DNA of 64,000 nt from Candidatus Binatia bacterium (GCA_023150935.1 JAKLJW010000010.1:49551-113550), one strand, 5' to 3'; positions 37,027 through 50,616 are shown, numbered from the stretch's first letter. Notes: generated by a model from the letters alone, not told the origin. Numbers and translations: made by a program.

Positions 37027-38429
37027 CACAACAGATACTCCGCACGCTTTGCCGCCAGCCACGCCCGCACCTCGTCGCGCTGGGCTTCGAACCCGGACCG
37101 CTCGAGTTGCCCGCAGGTCAGCCCCTCACTGTACTCGAGTCCCGGTTGCACGAACGGATCGACCCGGTGCAATCCCGCCACGAGAACCACGGCAAGTTCA
37201 AACGCGTGGAAAAGCTGACCCATCGTGAAAGCGTTCAGCTGCGGCAGCGTAATGACGCCGACCGGGCACCCGTGCACGCCCAGGGCAATCTCGGTGGCAC
37301 GCTGCGAGGCGTTGAGCAGTTGGCCGAGACCCACGCCGCCCAGGTACCCGATGCCCTCGAGATCCGCGTAAGCTGCGGGCGCCGACACCTCCCGCCCATG
37401 GTCGTCGACGCGAATCATCAGGACCACCTTATCGCGCGGCCCTTCGACGAAAAGCTGCAAGACCGAGTGCTCGTCCGTCGCGCCGACGGCAACCAGCGGG
37501 GTCTGACCGACATGCACCTTCGCACCATCCAGCGTCTTGGCCTTGCCGAGGCTCTCGGCCCAGAGCTGCACGAACCAGGCACCGAATCCGCGGAGTCGCT
37601 CGCAGTAAGGCATCAGCACGCAGACGTTGCGACCGTGCCGCGTCGCCAGCAGGAACAGCAGCGCCGCCAGCAGATAGACGGGATTGCGCCACACCTCCGT
37701 CGGCTCGCAGCGGGTGTCCATCCATGCCGCGCCGGCGACAACGTCGTCGATACGTGCCCCACCGACGGCGGCCGGAAAGAGGCCCGCCGGACCGAGCACC
37801 GCGAACCGCCCACCCACCCCCGGGGGCATCGGCAGGGCCCGGAAACCCTCGTCGTGGACTATCTGCCGCAGCGAGCCGGCCTCCGTGTCGGTGGTAATCA
37901 CGATCCGGCGCCCGTAGTCGACGGCCCCCAGACGCCGCAACAGCAGATCGCGCACGACCAGGAACTGCGCCATCGTGTCGGCCGTCTCCCCGGACTTGCT
38001 GATCACGTTGAACGTCGTTCGTTCGAGGTCGAGGCCATCCAGCAGACGGCCGAAGCTGCACGGGTCGACGGTGTCGGCGACCACCACTCTGGGCGACCCC
38101 CCCGCGAGCGCATCGACCAGCGCACGGGCGCCCAGCGCCGATCCGCCGATGCCGAGCACCACGATGGTGTCGCATTCGGGCCGGACCTCGGCGGCGAGTC
38201 GTTTGGTCTGGGCGACAAGACTCTTCCGATATGGCAGGTCGAACGCCGCCATCGCGCCGGCATCGCGCCGCGCCCGGAACGCGTATATGGCCTCGGAAAG
38301 GCGGACCGACAACGATTCCACCTCGTCGCGTGCCACCCCCTCGGACCCGATGATGTCGGCCATCATGCCGTTGACGTCGAGCCGCGCGCTCATCGCCTCG
38401 CGCGTCGCCCGGCGACGGTAGTCCGGCAT
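37026..38429 (-). CDS. pgi: glucose-6-phosphate isomerase (short bacterial/archaeal-type)
   Basis: SIS motifs VLGIGGSALG and ISKSGETADT. Confidence 0.75.
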   Translation of the reverse strand: MPDYRRRATREAMSARLDVNGMMADIIGSEGVARDEVESLSVRLSEAIYAFRARRDAGAMAAFDLPYRKSLVAQTKRLAAEVRPECDTIVVLGIGGSALGARALVDALAGGSPRVVVADTVDPCSFGRLLDGLDLERTTFNVISKSGETADTMAQFLVVRDLLLRRLGAVDYGRRIVITTDTEAGSLRQIVHDEGFRALPMPPGVGGRFAVLGPAGLFPAAVGGARIDDVVAGAAWMDTRCEPTEVWRNPVYLLAALLFLLATRHGRNVCVLMPYCERLRGFGAWFVQLWAESLGKAKTLDGAKVHVGQTPLVAVGATDEHSVLQLFVEGPRDKVVLMIRVDDHGREVSAPAAYADLEGIGYLGGVGLGQLLNASQRATEIALGVHGCPVGVITLPQLNAFTMGQLFHAFELAVVLVAGLHRVDPFVQPGLEYSEGLTCGQLERSGFEAQRDEVRAWLAAKRAEYLL

Positions 38430-38681
38430 GCGCGGTTCCTACCACCCACCCCGCACCATTACAAGGAATCGCCGGCGCCACCCCACAGCACCTGACCAGT
38501 CAAGCCACCCACCTCGGACGGAGCGTCACGCCGAATGACGCTCTGCCGTGTGGAATTGACACCCAACTACCCAAACCGAGCCGCACGGCCGCCTCCGGAG
38601 TCGCGGGCAAAATGCCCGGACACTGGCACCGCGATTGCTTTCACCCACAGGTCACGCACTTCAGAGAGAGGAGCTCGCATA

Positions 38682-39008
38682 ATGCATATCGTCGATGGTG
38701 TGGTGCACGTATCCTTCGCCGGCGGCGGAGTGTTTCTTCCCGCGCGCAGTGTCGCGGACCGGAACCGCGTTGAGGCTACGGTGCAGGATCGCATGCGCGT
38801 CACCGACCGCGTCCAGGTGCTGAGCGGCGGCCAGCGCTGGGAGGTTCGCCGCGTGCACGCGATGCAGCCGATCGAATGCCACGGTTGCGGGACGGTTACC
38901 GATTCGGCCTGCTTCGGAGACGGGGTTGTATTCTGCGTGGCATGCGCCCTGATCGCTCCCGACGAAGCTAAACGGCATCTCGATCTCACCGGCTGGGACG
39001 AAGTCTAG
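38682..39008 (+). CDS. hypothetical small protein with C-terminal Cys4 zinc-ribbon (ECHGCG...CFGDGVVFCVAC)
   Basis: Strong SD gagaggag 7 nt upstream of ATG; 108 aa; followed by stem-loop terminator; no recognisable family. Confidence 0.5.
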   Translation: MHIVDGVVHVSFAGGGVFLPARSVADRNRVEATVQDRMRVTDRVQVLSGGQRWEVRRVHAMQPIECHGCGTVTDSACFGDGVVFCVACALIAPDEAKRHLDLTGWDEV

Positions 39009-39050
39009 ACCACTACAAGACCTCGACGTTATCGACGCAAAGCTGACGCC

Positions 39051-39092
39051 GGCCCGGTTCGCTGCCAAGGTGGACCGGGCCGCTGTGTTTCC
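39051..39092 (+). terminator. stem-loop (GGCCCGGT / ACCGGGCC, 8 bp) followed by GCUGUGUUUCC
   Basis: Read in sequence 40 nt after the zinc-ribbon ORF stop. Confidence 0.4.
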
Positions 39093-39175
39093 GGCGCACA
39101 GGCGCGGCAGCAGGGTCGGCACGGCCTTGATCCCTGCGCGGTAACCCCGCATAAGTTCAACGGCGGAGGTTAGAC

Positions 39176-39655
39176 TTGAACAAGATCCTCACCTGGACGG
39201 CGGCGCGGCGTCGCGTCGCCACCTGGCGGCGCCAGGGATTGCGCGTCGTCTTCACGAACGGCTGTTTCGACATCATCCACCCCGGACACGTGCGCTATCT
39301 GCGCGCCGCGCACCGGCTCGGCGACGTGCTCGTGGTGGGTATCAACAGCGACACCTCGGTGCGCCGTCTCAAAGGCCGGTCGCGCCCCATCGTTCCCGAA
39401 GGGGCGCGTTGCGAGGTGCTCGCCGCGCTGGAAATGGTGGACGCCGTCGTGCTCTTCACGGAGAACACCCCGTACGAACTGATCCGGGCGATCCAGCCCG
39501 ACGTGCTGGTCAAAGGCGGCGACTGGCAGCCCGACCACATCGTCGGGGCGGATATCGTCCGTGCCCGCGGCGGCAAGGTGCGCGCGCTGCGCTTCGCGCG
39601 GGGTTACTCGACGACAGGGCTGGTGGAAAGGATACGGGACGGGCGGAGGGATTGA
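39176..39655 (+). CDS. D-glycero-beta-D-manno-heptose 1-phosphate adenylyltransferase (stand-alone RfaE domain II, cytidylyltransferase fold)
   Basis: [19 protein letters not shown] ... [19 protein letters not shown] ... DVLVKGGDW closely matches HldE C-terminal domain. Confidence 0.8.
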   Translation: MNKILTWTAARRRVATWRRQGLRVVFTNGCFDIIHPGHVRYLRAAHRLGDVLVVGINSDTSVRRLKGRSRPIVPEGARCEVLAALEMVDAVVLFTENTPYELIRAIQPDVLVKGGDWQPDHIVGADIVRARGGKVRALRFARGYSTTGLVERIRDGRRD

Positions 39656-39676
39656 GGGCCGGGGGGCCGGGAGGCG

Positions 39677-39868
39677 TCAGGCGGCCTTGGCTACCTTGCC
39701 GGAGCGGATGCAGCGGGTGCAGACGAGCAGCCGTCGGACGCCGCCGCCGACCTGCGCTCTCACACTTTGCAGGTTCGGCGCCCAGGTGCGTTTGCTCTTG
39801 TTGTTCGCGTGACTGACGTTATGACCGACTGAGCTGTGCTTGCCACAGATTTCGCAGCTTCGGGCCAT
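39677..39868 (-). CDS. rpmB: 50S ribosomal protein L28
   Basis: [34 protein letters not shown]. Confidence 0.9.
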   Translation of the reverse strand: MARSCEICGKHSSVGHNVSHANNKSKRTWAPNLQSVRAQVGGGVRRLLVCTRCIRSGKVAKAA

Positions 39869-39882
39869 TGGTGGGGTCTCCT

Positions 39883-39908
39883 GAGGGCTTGTGGGCCTGG
39901 GGGCTTCC
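39883..39908. repeat. degenerate copy of GGGCTTGGGG leader motif (GAGGGCTTGTGGGCCTGGGGGCTTCC) upstream of rpmB
   Basis: Read in sequence. Confidence 0.35.
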
Positions 39909-39984
39909 TTGAATCAACCGGGGTGTTTGCCTAGCCAATGGGCGGAGGGATGTCAAAGGCATTCTTCCGCCTGCGACCGAGACC

Positions 39985-40395
39985 TCACGCCCCGCGCGCG
40001 ATCGCGTCTATCTCCACGCGGGCACCGCGAGGTAGCGCGGCAACCCCGACCGTGCTGCGCGCCGGATACGGCGGCGCGAAGAACTTCTCGTAGAGCGCGT
40101 TGACGCGAGAGAAATCGTTCAAGTCGGTCAGGTATATCGTCGTCCGCACGACGGCGCCGGGGCTCAAGGCGGCGGCGGCAAGTACGGCGCGCAGGTTCTC
40201 GAGCACCCGAGTTGTCTCCGCCTCCACGCCGCCGGCAACGAGTTCCGCGCGCACGGGATCGAGTCCGATCTGCCCGGAGCAGAAAACGAAATCGCCGCTG
40301 CGCACGGCCTGGGAGTATGGACCGATCGCCTGCGGTGCGGCGGCAGTGGCGATCGGCACGGGAGAGGTGTGGGGGGCTGCGGGATGCGTGGGCAT
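39985..40395 (-). CDS. ridA: RidA family protein (reactive intermediate deaminase)
   Basis: AIGPYSQAV ... TTIYLTDLNDFSRVNALYEKFF ... PARSTVGVAALPRGARVEIDAIA. Confidence 0.75.
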   Translation of the reverse strand: MPTHPAAPHTSPVPIATAAAPQAIGPYSQAVRSGDFVFCSGQIGLDPVRAELVAGGVEAETTRVLENLRAVLAAAALSPGAVVRTTIYLTDLNDFSRVNALYEKFFAPPYPARSTVGVAALPRGARVEIDAIARGA

Positions 40396-40465
40396 AGGAG
40401 GCTCCGGGGTATGAGATTGTCGTTTATTGCAGGTCGTTGTGCGCCGCACGTTGCTCGCCGAGCAG

Positions 40466-42610
40466 TCAGCCGCGGGCGCGGGCCACTTTCATCACCCCGC
40501 GCACCTTGCCGATAGCCCGGATCACGCGGTTGAGCTGGTCGACGCTGTTAACGACGACGTCGAAGGTATTGAGGGCCTTTTTCTCGGGTACGCTGCGGAT
40601 CTGCGCGCCGCTGATGTTAACCCCTGTCGAACTGATCGCCTTGCTGATCGCCGCCAGCAGGCCCGGCTCGTCGATGCATGCCACTTCCAGCGTCACCGGG
40701 CGTGGTCCGGAGGCACCGTCGTCCCATACGGCCTCGACGCGCCGCTCGGGGTCGCTCTCCAGCACCCGCGGACAGTCGATGGCATGCACGGTGACACCGC
40801 GCCCCCGCGTGACGAAACCGAGAATGCGCTCCCCGGGCAGCGGGGCACAACACTTCCCGAACCGCACGAGCATGTCTTCAACTCCGCTGACGCGCACGCC
40901 GGCAGGGCTCTGTCGGGCAATCCGCCGGAACAAGCGGCGCAGCGGGCTTTCGTCGACGGGCCCCTGCTGCAACGCTTCCGCGGGCAGCAGGTGAGCGAGC
41001 ACCTGGTGTGTCGTCAGCTTCCCGTAGCCGATGCTCGCCAGGACGGTCTCTTCGTCCTTCTGCCCCAGCGCAGCGACGACCTGGGTAAGCCTGCCGTCCT
41101 TGCGCAGCCGGCCGAGATCGAGGCTGTGGCGCGCCAGATCGCGCTCGATAATTTCCCGTCCGAGCGCGACGCTGCGCGTCCGCTGCTGGTACTTGATCCA
41201 GTTGCGGATCTTCTGCTTGGCGCGGCTGGTCTTGACGAAATTGAGCCAGTCCTTGCTCGGCGTCTGACTCGCCGTCGTGATAATTTCGACCGTATCGCCG
41301 CTGTGCAGATGGTAGCGCAGGGGGACGAGCCGGCCGTTGACCCGCGCCCCCGTGCAGTGGTGCCCCACCTCGGAGTGGATGCGGTACGCGAAGTCGATGA
41401 CCGTCGAACCCTCGGGGAAGTTAAGCAGGTCGCCCTGCGGCGTGAAGACAAACACCTCTTCGCTGAACAGGTCTTCCTTGACCGAACGCAGGAACTCCTG
41501 CGGGTCCTGCGTGTTTTGCTGCCACTCGAGGAGCTGGCGCAACCAGGTGAAGCGCTGCGCATCGTCCTCCGCCTGGCGCCGCCCGCCCTTGTATCGCCAG
41601 TGTGCGGCGATACCGAACTCGGCAACCCGGTGCATGGCGTGGGTGCGGATCTGCACCTCCATGCGTTCGCCGTACGGACCGATCACCGTGGTGTGCAGCG
41701 ATTGGTACATATTCTGTTTCGGCAGGGCGATGTAATCCTTGAACCGGCTCGGGATGGGCTTCCAGTGAGCGTGCACGACGCCGAGCGCGCCGTAACAGTC
41801 GCGCACGGAGTCGACCAGGACACGGAAGGCGACCAGATCGTAGATCTGGTCGTAGAGGAGGTTCTGCGTCTGCATCTTCTGGTAGATGGAGTAGAAGTGC
41901 TTCGGCCGACCCGTCACTTCGGTCTCGATACCGTTATCCGCCAGTCGTTTCGACAGGATACCGATCACCTCGTGGATGTACTTCTCGCGCTCGGCTCGTT
42001 TCTTCGCGACGTTGCGCTTGAGCTGGTAGTAGACCTCCGGGTGCAGGTAGCGCAGGGAAGCGTCTTCGAGCTCGCTCTTCATCCAGTAAATGCCCAGCCG
42101 GTGCGCCAGCGGCGCGTAAATCTCGAGCGTCTCCTGCGCGATCTCGTGCTGCCGCTCGGGGGACAGGCTCTCCAGCGTGCGCATGTTGTGCGTGCGATCG
42201 GCCAGCTTCACCAGAATGACCCGAATGTCGCGCGCCATCGCCACGAGCATCTTGCGGAAGTTCTCCGCCTGTTTCTCCTCGCGGCTGCTAAAATTCATCT
42301 GGCTGATCTTGGTTACACCGTCCACCAGAGCAGCCACGTCGCTTCCGAAGTGATCGCGGATCTCGTCAATCGTCGTCAGGGTATCCTCGACGGTGTCGTG
42401 GAGGAGACCGGTGACGACGCTGGGCACGTCGAGCTTTAGGTCGGCAATCAGGCCCGCCACCTCGACGGGATGCGTGAAATAGGGTTCGCCGGAAGCGCGG
42501 CGCTGCCCCTTGTGCACGCGCACGGAGAAATCGTAGGCCCGGCGCAGAACCTCGATGTCGGCGGCGCTATCGTAGCCGCGGACGCGGTCGATGAGGGCGG
42601 GCAGGTTCAT
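40466..42610 (-). CDS. rel: bifunctional (p)ppGpp synthetase/hydrolase (RelA/SpoT family)
   Basis: HD domain HPVEVAGLIADL...LHDTVEDT; synthetase, TGS and ACT domains. Confidence 0.9.
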   Translation of the reverse strand: MNLPALIDRVRGYDSAADIEVLRRAYDFSVRVHKGQRRASGEPYFTHPVEVAGLIADLKLDVPSVVTGLLHDTVEDTLTTIDEIRDHFGSDVAALVDGVTKISQMNFSSREEKQAENFRKMLVAMARDIRVILVKLADRTHNMRTLESLSPERQHEIAQETLEIYAPLAHRLGIYWMKSELEDASLRYLHPEVYYQLKRNVAKKRAEREKYIHEVIGILSKRLADNGIETEVTGRPKHFYSIYQKMQTQNLLYDQIYDLVAFRVLVDSVRDCYGALGVVHAHWKPIPSRFKDYIALPKQNMYQSLHTTVIGPYGERMEVQIRTHAMHRVAEFGIAAHWRYKGGRRQAEDDAQRFTWLRQLLEWQQNTQDPQEFLRSVKEDLFSEEVFVFTPQGDLLNFPEGSTVIDFAYRIHSEVGHHCTGARVNGRLVPLRYHLHSGDTVEIITTASQTPSKDWLNFVKTSRAKQKIRNWIKYQQRTRSVALGREIIERDLARHSLDLGRLRKDGRLTQVVAALGQKDEETVLASIGYGKLTTHQVLAHLLPAEALQQGPVDESPLRRLFRRIARQSPAGVRVSGVEDMLVRFGKCCAPLPGERILGFVTRGRGVTVHAIDCPRVLESDPERRVEAVWDDGASGPRPVTLEVACIDEPGLLAAISKAISSTGVNISGAQIRSVPEKKALNTFDVVVNSVDQLNRVIRAIGKVRGVMKVARARG

Positions 42611-43164
42611 GGATCGCAGACCGCGTCTGCCCCGTACCGCTCGCGCACGGCGGCAAGGACATGCTCCGCAAGCTCGTCGGGGGTGGCGCGGTCGGTATCG
42701 AGGACGATGTCGTAGATCGAAGTGTCGCCGAGGTCGAAGCCGTAGATATCCCGGTAACGGCCGGCGTCGGACGCCTGGCGCGCTCGATTCTGCTCCAACA
42801 CGTGCTCCCAGTCGCTACCCTCGCGCTGGCCGACGCGCTGGGCCCGCACGGCGTCACTGGCGGTCAGGAACACCTTGAGCGCATCGACGCCTTCCTGGCG
42901 GGCGACGAAAGCGGCCAGCCTGCCTTCGAGTATGGCATTGCCGGCACAGGCATATGCGGCCATGCGCGCGTCCAGATCGCGGTCGATCGAATGGTCCTGC
43001 TCCGAAAGGCGGTTGAACTCCGCCAGCGAAATACCGCGCTCGGCGGCTGCCCGGCGGTACAGGTCGCCCGCGTAGATGTGCGGCAGGCCCAGCCGGGCAC
43101 TCAACAGCTTTGCCACCGTCGTCTTGCCGCTCCCCGGCGTACCCGAGATCGTGATCAGCATCAC
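42607..43164 (-). CDS. archaeal-type cytidylate kinase family protein (second CMP kinase-like gene)
   Basis: MMLITISGTPGSGKTTVAKLLSARLGLPHIYAGDLYR; overall match to cmk family 2 (Cmk_arch). Confidence 0.6.
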   Translation of the reverse strand: MMLITISGTPGSGKTTVAKLLSARLGLPHIYAGDLYRRAAAERGISLAEFNRLSEQDHSIDRDLDARMAAYACAGNAILEGRLAAFVARQEGVDALKVFLTASDAVRAQRVGQREGSDWEHVLEQNRARQASDAGRYRDIYGFDLGDTSIYDIVLDTDRATPDELAEHVLAAVRERYGADAVCDP

Positions 43165-43318
43165 CTTTCGATAGTAGCCGGATCGACCGGTGGCAACAAC
43201 GCGGCCCGTCGGCCGGCCAGACGGTCCCGGTGGGAACCGACAAGCGCCTCGGAGATCGAGCGCCCCCGGGCGTCGAGCCCACTGGCCCTGCCTCTACAAC
43301 CTTGGTATCAACCGGCCG

Positions 43319-44926
<1,608 letters not shown>

Positions 44927-44996
44927 AGGCCGGAAACGGGACTGTCGGATTGGGGCTAACCCCTAAGGACTCGCCACTCGCGTCTGGCCACCGCCC

Positions 44997-46492
<1,496 letters not shown>

Positions 46493-46496
<4 letters not shown>

Positions 46497-47002
46497 ACCA
46501 CCTCCACCTCCGCCTCGGCACGCGACACCTGCCGGCCACCGTCCAGCGCGACGGCGCGGCGTATCGAGTCACGATCGAAGACACGGAAAAGGTCGTCGAG
46601 GCGACGTACCTGGACGACAGCACGATGCTGTTGACGGTCGACGGCCGCCGCTACCGGGTAGCGATCGCGCGGCAGGGGCGCGAACGCTTCGTCGGACTGG
46701 CCGGGGAGGTCTACCATGTCGTCTCCGAAAGCGGCGCCGCTTCGGGGCACAGCCTCGGCACCGTCGCCACCCCCGAGGTCGTCTCGCCGATGCCTGGCAA
46801 GGTATTGGAGGTGCTCGTGCAACCCGGCGACCGCGTCGATGCGGGCGCCGGTCTGCTGATCCTCGAAGCGATGAAGATGGAGAACCGGCTGACCGCCGAC
46901 GCGCCGGCGACCGTCACGGAGGTGCGCGTCACCGCCGGTCAGACAGTCGACGGAGGGCAGGTGCTCGTGGTGCTCGACTACGACGGCAGCTCGCGAGCTT
47001 GA
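46493..47002 (+). CDS. biotin carboxyl carrier protein (biotinyl/lipoyl domain)
   Basis: Starts at ATGA overlap with BC stop. Biotinylation motif LILEAMKMEN near the C-terminus. Confidence 0.7.
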
Positions 47003-47204
47003 GCAGCCCGCCACCGCAGGCCAAGAAGATACTCACCGTCGAGGACGCAGGGGGGACGCAGAGGCCGGTGAACGTACCGGGCCTCGAGAGGAATCGATCC
47101 TCTGCGGCCCTCCGCGTTCTCTGCGGTGAGCCCCGCCTTTCCCCCCGAGTTCGACACCGCGTAGACGCTCGTCCGGGACCCCGGAACTTCCGGGCGTGAC
47201 CGGA

Positions 47205-48437
47205 TCAGAAGATCTCCTCGATGCCGAGCGCGAACTTCGACATGGTTTCGCAGCCGCCTTCGTGCAGCAGGATCGCGTTCTCGTAACGGAAGCCGATCTG
47301 GTCCTGCGGGCAGACGTACTGCATCGCCGCAATCAGCATCTCCTTCTCCCGGTACACGTGCGAGCGGTCGGTCCAGTACGGCATCGCTTGATTCTGCTCG
47401 GCGCCGATCTTCCATTCGTCGCCCCACAGCCCGATCCCGTGCTCCACCGCGGGCATCACGAAGTCCGCGCACCCGCGTTCGGCAGCCAGCCCCGTGACCT
47501 CGGCGAGCATGCTTTCCGGCGTCATGCCCGGGCGATATGTCTTCAGCAGGTGCGCGATCAACGCCACGAAGTTGTCGGCATGCCAGCGCTGCCGGCTGGT
47601 GGCGGGTGCGAGCAAGTAATTGTGCGAATGATCGCCCAGGCCGAGCTTGAACATCGAGTGGAGGTCGAACATGCACGGTTCACCGCCCGCGAGCGGCTTA
47701 TCCGTCGGCGGCGTGCACGCGCCAAGGGCCGTGCGCCAGCCGGTGGCGATCTCGTTGAGCCCGGCGAAGTTCCACTCCGACACACTGCCGGCGCGCCGCA
47801 TGGCCAGCGCGGCAATGCCCGCCACCGCGGTCTCCGTCAGGCCGCGCCAGCCGCCATCCGCAATCGCCGCGCGAACGGCCTCGTGGCCGACGTCGCAGAT
47901 CCGTCCGGCCTCGCGAAACCGATTGATCGTGCCCGCGTCCTTCACCAGAGAGAGCTGATCGACGATAGCGTGCCCGTCGACCAACTCGACGCTCGGCAGC
48001 TCGGCCTGCAGGGCCTGATACTCGTAGCGCGTCAGGTAACCCTCGGGCGTGTACACGGAGATGCCGTCTTCGTAAGCAACGCGCCCGCGCGCGCCGTCTA
48101 TCCGTTGCTTGATCGCGTTGGCGATATTCGGGATCGGCTCCATGCCCGGCAGACCCGCGTAGCCGAGTACACGATCGGCGTCGATCCAGGTCTCGCTGCG
48201 GATACGATCGCCATCGAGGAGAAACGTGAACAGCGTCGGCATGCCCTCGGCCGGAACGAGCACGTAGCTGCGCCAGGGGACGAAGACGTCGAGCAGCCAG
48301 CTCAGCGTTCGCGGGCGCGTACCGAGATAAACGTCGATGCCGCCCGCCTGCATGGCGGCCTGCACGGCTCTAACGCGCTGCGGACAGTCGACGAAGAAGG
48401 GATCGGTACGATCGATAACGGCGAGCTTTCCTGCCAT
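47205..48437 (-). CDS. M24 family metallopeptidase (Xaa-Pro aminopeptidase/creatinase-like)
   Basis: Creatinase N-domain plus pita-bread fold with His/Asp/Glu metal ligands; about 410 aa. Confidence 0.55.
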   Translation of the reverse strand: MAGKLAVIDRTDPFFVDCPQRVRAVQAAMQAGGIDVYLGTRPRTLSWLLDVFVPWRSYVLVPAEGMPTLFTFLLDGDRIRSETWIDADRVLGYAGLPGMEPIPNIANAIKQRIDGARGRVAYEDGISVYTPEGYLTRYEYQALQAELPSVELVDGHAIVDQLSLVKDAGTINRFREAGRICDVGHEAVRAAIADGGWRGLTETAVAGIAALAMRRAGSVSEWNFAGLNEIATGWRTALGACTPPTDKPLAGGEPCMFDLHSMFKLGLGDHSHNYLLAPATSRQRWHADNFVALIAHLLKTYRPGMTPESMLAEVTGLAAERGCADFVMPAVEHGIGLWGDEWKIGAEQNQAMPYWTDRSHVYREKEMLIAAMQYVCPQDQIGFRYENAILLHEGGCETMSKFALGIEEIF

Positions 48438-48594
48438 GGCGAGGGCTCCTTTCGATGCACGACCAGGACGCCGCGCCACCATGCTTGTTGGCAGAATGCC
48501 ACACCGGTGTCGAGTCCGGCCCATCGCGGCCGCCCACTCGACTTCGTCGCTGCTTCACTCATCCCCGGGGGGCGGGCGTGTCGCCGGGATCGTG

Positions 48595-49449
48595 TCAGTC
48601 ATCTTCCGGCGCGCTACCGACGGCAAGGCCCACCTTGTAAATCTCGCGACTGGTCATCTTACGCTCTCGCGCCAGCCTGCGGGCAACCTCCTTCAGGCTG
48701 AGTCCCTCACCGCGCAGCCGCACGATGGCGGCCGGCAGGCTCTCCTCCGGCGTCTCCGCCGCGCGCGGCTCCGCACCCGCGATAACCAGCACCACCTCGC
48801 CGCGCATCGTCTCGACAGGCCTGAGCCGCACCTGTTCGAGGACGACGCCGAGCGGACCGCGCACAACCTCTTCGAAGCGCTTGGTCAACTCGCGGCAGAC
48901 GGCAACCGCGCGCTCGCCGAGAACCGCCCGGGCGTCAGCCAGACTGTCCGCGAGGCGGCGCGCCGTCTCGTAGACGACGACGGTGCGCGTCTCGCCGCCC
49001 AGGCGTTCGTAGAACCGCCGCCGGGCACCCGCGCGCGCCGGCACGAAGCCGTCGAAAGCGAACCGATCCGTGGGCAACCCGGCGACGCTCAACGCCGTCA
49101 CCACCGCCGACGGACCCGGCACCGGCACAACGCTAATGCCCGCGGCCACCGCGGCGCGGACCAGACGAAAACCCGGATCGGCAATTCCCGGCGTCCCCGC
49201 ATCCGAAATCAAGGCGATGCGCTTCCCACGTTGCAGTTCGGCCACCAGGCGCGGCGCCTTCTCGCGCTCGCTGTGGTCGTGGTAGCTGGTAAGCGGGGTC
49301 GCCACCCCGTAATGCACAAGCAATGCCCGACTGTGGCGAGTATCCTCCGCCGCGATCAGGTCCACCGTCTTCAGGACCTCGAGCGCCCGCAGAGAGATGT
49401 CGCCCAGGTTGCCGAGCGGCGTGGCAACGATAAAGAGGGTGCCGGACAT
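48595..49449 (-). CDS. rsmI: 16S rRNA (cytidine1402-2'-O)-methyltransferase
   Basis: LFIVATPLGNLGDISLRALEVLKTVDLIAAEDTRHSRALLVHYG (tetrapyrrole-methylase fold). Confidence 0.85.
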   Translation of the reverse strand: MSGTLFIVATPLGNLGDISLRALEVLKTVDLIAAEDTRHSRALLVHYGVATPLTSYHDHSEREKAPRLVAELQRGKRIALISDAGTPGIADPGFRLVRAAVAAGISVVPVPGPSAVVTALSVAGLPTDRFAFDGFVPARAGARRRFYERLGGETRTVVVYETARRLADSLADARAVLGERAVAVCRELTKRFEEVVRGPLGVVLEQVRLRPVETMRGEVVLVIAGAEPRAAETPEESLPAAIVRLRGEGLSLKEVARRLARERKMTSREIYKVGLAVGSAPEDD

Positions 49450-49451
49450 GG

Positions 49452-49480
49452 AGGGCTTGGGGGTTCGGGGATTCGGGTCG
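49452..49480. repeat. copy of GGGCTTGGGG leader motif (GGAGGGCTTGGGGGTTCGGGGATTCGGG) abutting rsmI start codon
   Basis: Read in sequence. Confidence 0.4.
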
Positions 49481-49696
49481 TCAGGTTGTTGGCCCCCAGA
49501 GCGAACATCCGCGGATGTCGCAGATTTCGCGGAAGCCGATGGGCCAATGGTTGGGGCGACCACCACCCCTCCCGACCCAACCGCACTCGGATGAGCCTGG
49601 AGATCGTGCGGCTGAGGGAGCCATCTGGCCGCTCCCATCGGCGTCATCTGCGCCATCTGCGGATTCTTCTTTTCGGATTGGAACTAACACCCTGTA

Positions 49697-50548
49697 TCAC
49701 CGTCCCCAGTCACGGGCGTAGCGGAAATCCCGGTCTATGGTCCGCGCCGACACCTTGGCGATCACCGGCAGGCGGCGTTTGAACTGCGACCCGCGCACCA
49801 TGCCGCTGACGCGCTCGACAAACGGCGCCGCGAACCTGGCCGCCAGCAACTCCGCCCGCGAGTAGCGCAGATCGACCATCAGATAAAGCAAGGCATCGAC
49901 CTCGCGGTAGCCGAAGCCAAGCTCGGCCTCGTCGGTCTGCCCGCTCCACAGATCCGCCGAAGGCTCCTTGTCGACGATCTCCGGCGGCACGCCAATGGCC
50001 CGCGCCAGGGCCCAGACCTGCGTCTTGTACAGATCGCCAATCGGGTTCAGAGCCGAGGCCATGTCGCCGTACAGGGTCCCGTACCCGAGCAGCAACTCCG
50101 TCTTGTTGCTCGTGCCCAGCACCAACGCCCGCCAGCGCGCCGAGTGGTCGTAAAGAATTGTCATGCGTTCCCGCGCCATCTTGTTCCCGCGGCGCATGTT
50201 GTCGGCGTCGGGAAAGCGGGCGAAGTAAGCATCTATCTGTGGCGTTATATCGACCTGCAAACTCTCGATACCCGCCACGGCAATCACCGCATCGGCATGT
50301 TCCAGGCTCTCCGGACTCGAGGTGCGGTAAGGCATCTTGATCGCCAGGACGTTGGTCGGCCCGAGCGCCGCGGCGGCGAGCATGGCACTGACCGCCGAGT
50401 CGACCCCACCGGACAGCCCGACGACCACCCGTTCGACGCCCACCTTGCGGACTTCGTTGGCGACGAAGCCCGTCAGCACCCGCCGCAGCAAAGCCGGGTT
50501 GGTAGGAATGGGCACCCGCCCGCCGCTCGTATCCCGGGATGCAACCAT
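49697..50548 (-). CDS. nadE: NAD+ synthetase, synthetase (adenylation) part
   Basis: PP-loop [12 protein letters not shown]. Confidence 0.8.
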   Translation of the reverse strand: MVASRDTSGGRVPIPTNPALLRRVLTGFVANEVRKVGVERVVVGLSGGVDSAVSAMLAAAALGPTNVLAIKMPYRTSSPESLEHADAVIAVAGIESLQVDITPQIDAYFARFPDADNMRRGNKMARERMTILYDHSARWRALVLGTSNKTELLLGYGTLYGDMASALNPIGDLYKTQVWALARAIGVPPEIVDKEPSADLWSGQTDEAELGFGYREVDALLYLMVDLRYSRAELLAARFAAPFVERVSGMVRGSQFKRRLPVIAKVSARTIDRDFRYARDWGR

Positions 50549-50616
50549 AGGCACTCCGCGCAGTAACCGCTCGTCACTCGTCGTTCGCCGTCGGTCGCGT
50601 GCAAGCGAACGCCCTA

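Noticed and set aside
40427-42439. 670-aa plus-strand ORF antisense to relA/spoT; likewise 17711..19864(+) antisense to glnD and 27861..29595(+) antisense to rpsA/cmk
   Set aside because: Antisense to highly conserved genes; composition artefacts.
47003-47204. GAGAGGAatcgaTCCTCT hairpin resembling a tRNA T-arm between BCCP and the M24 peptidase gene
   Set aside because: The loop lacks the TTC(G/A)A motif and there is no acceptor/anticodon context. More likely a bidirectional terminator hairpin between convergent genes.
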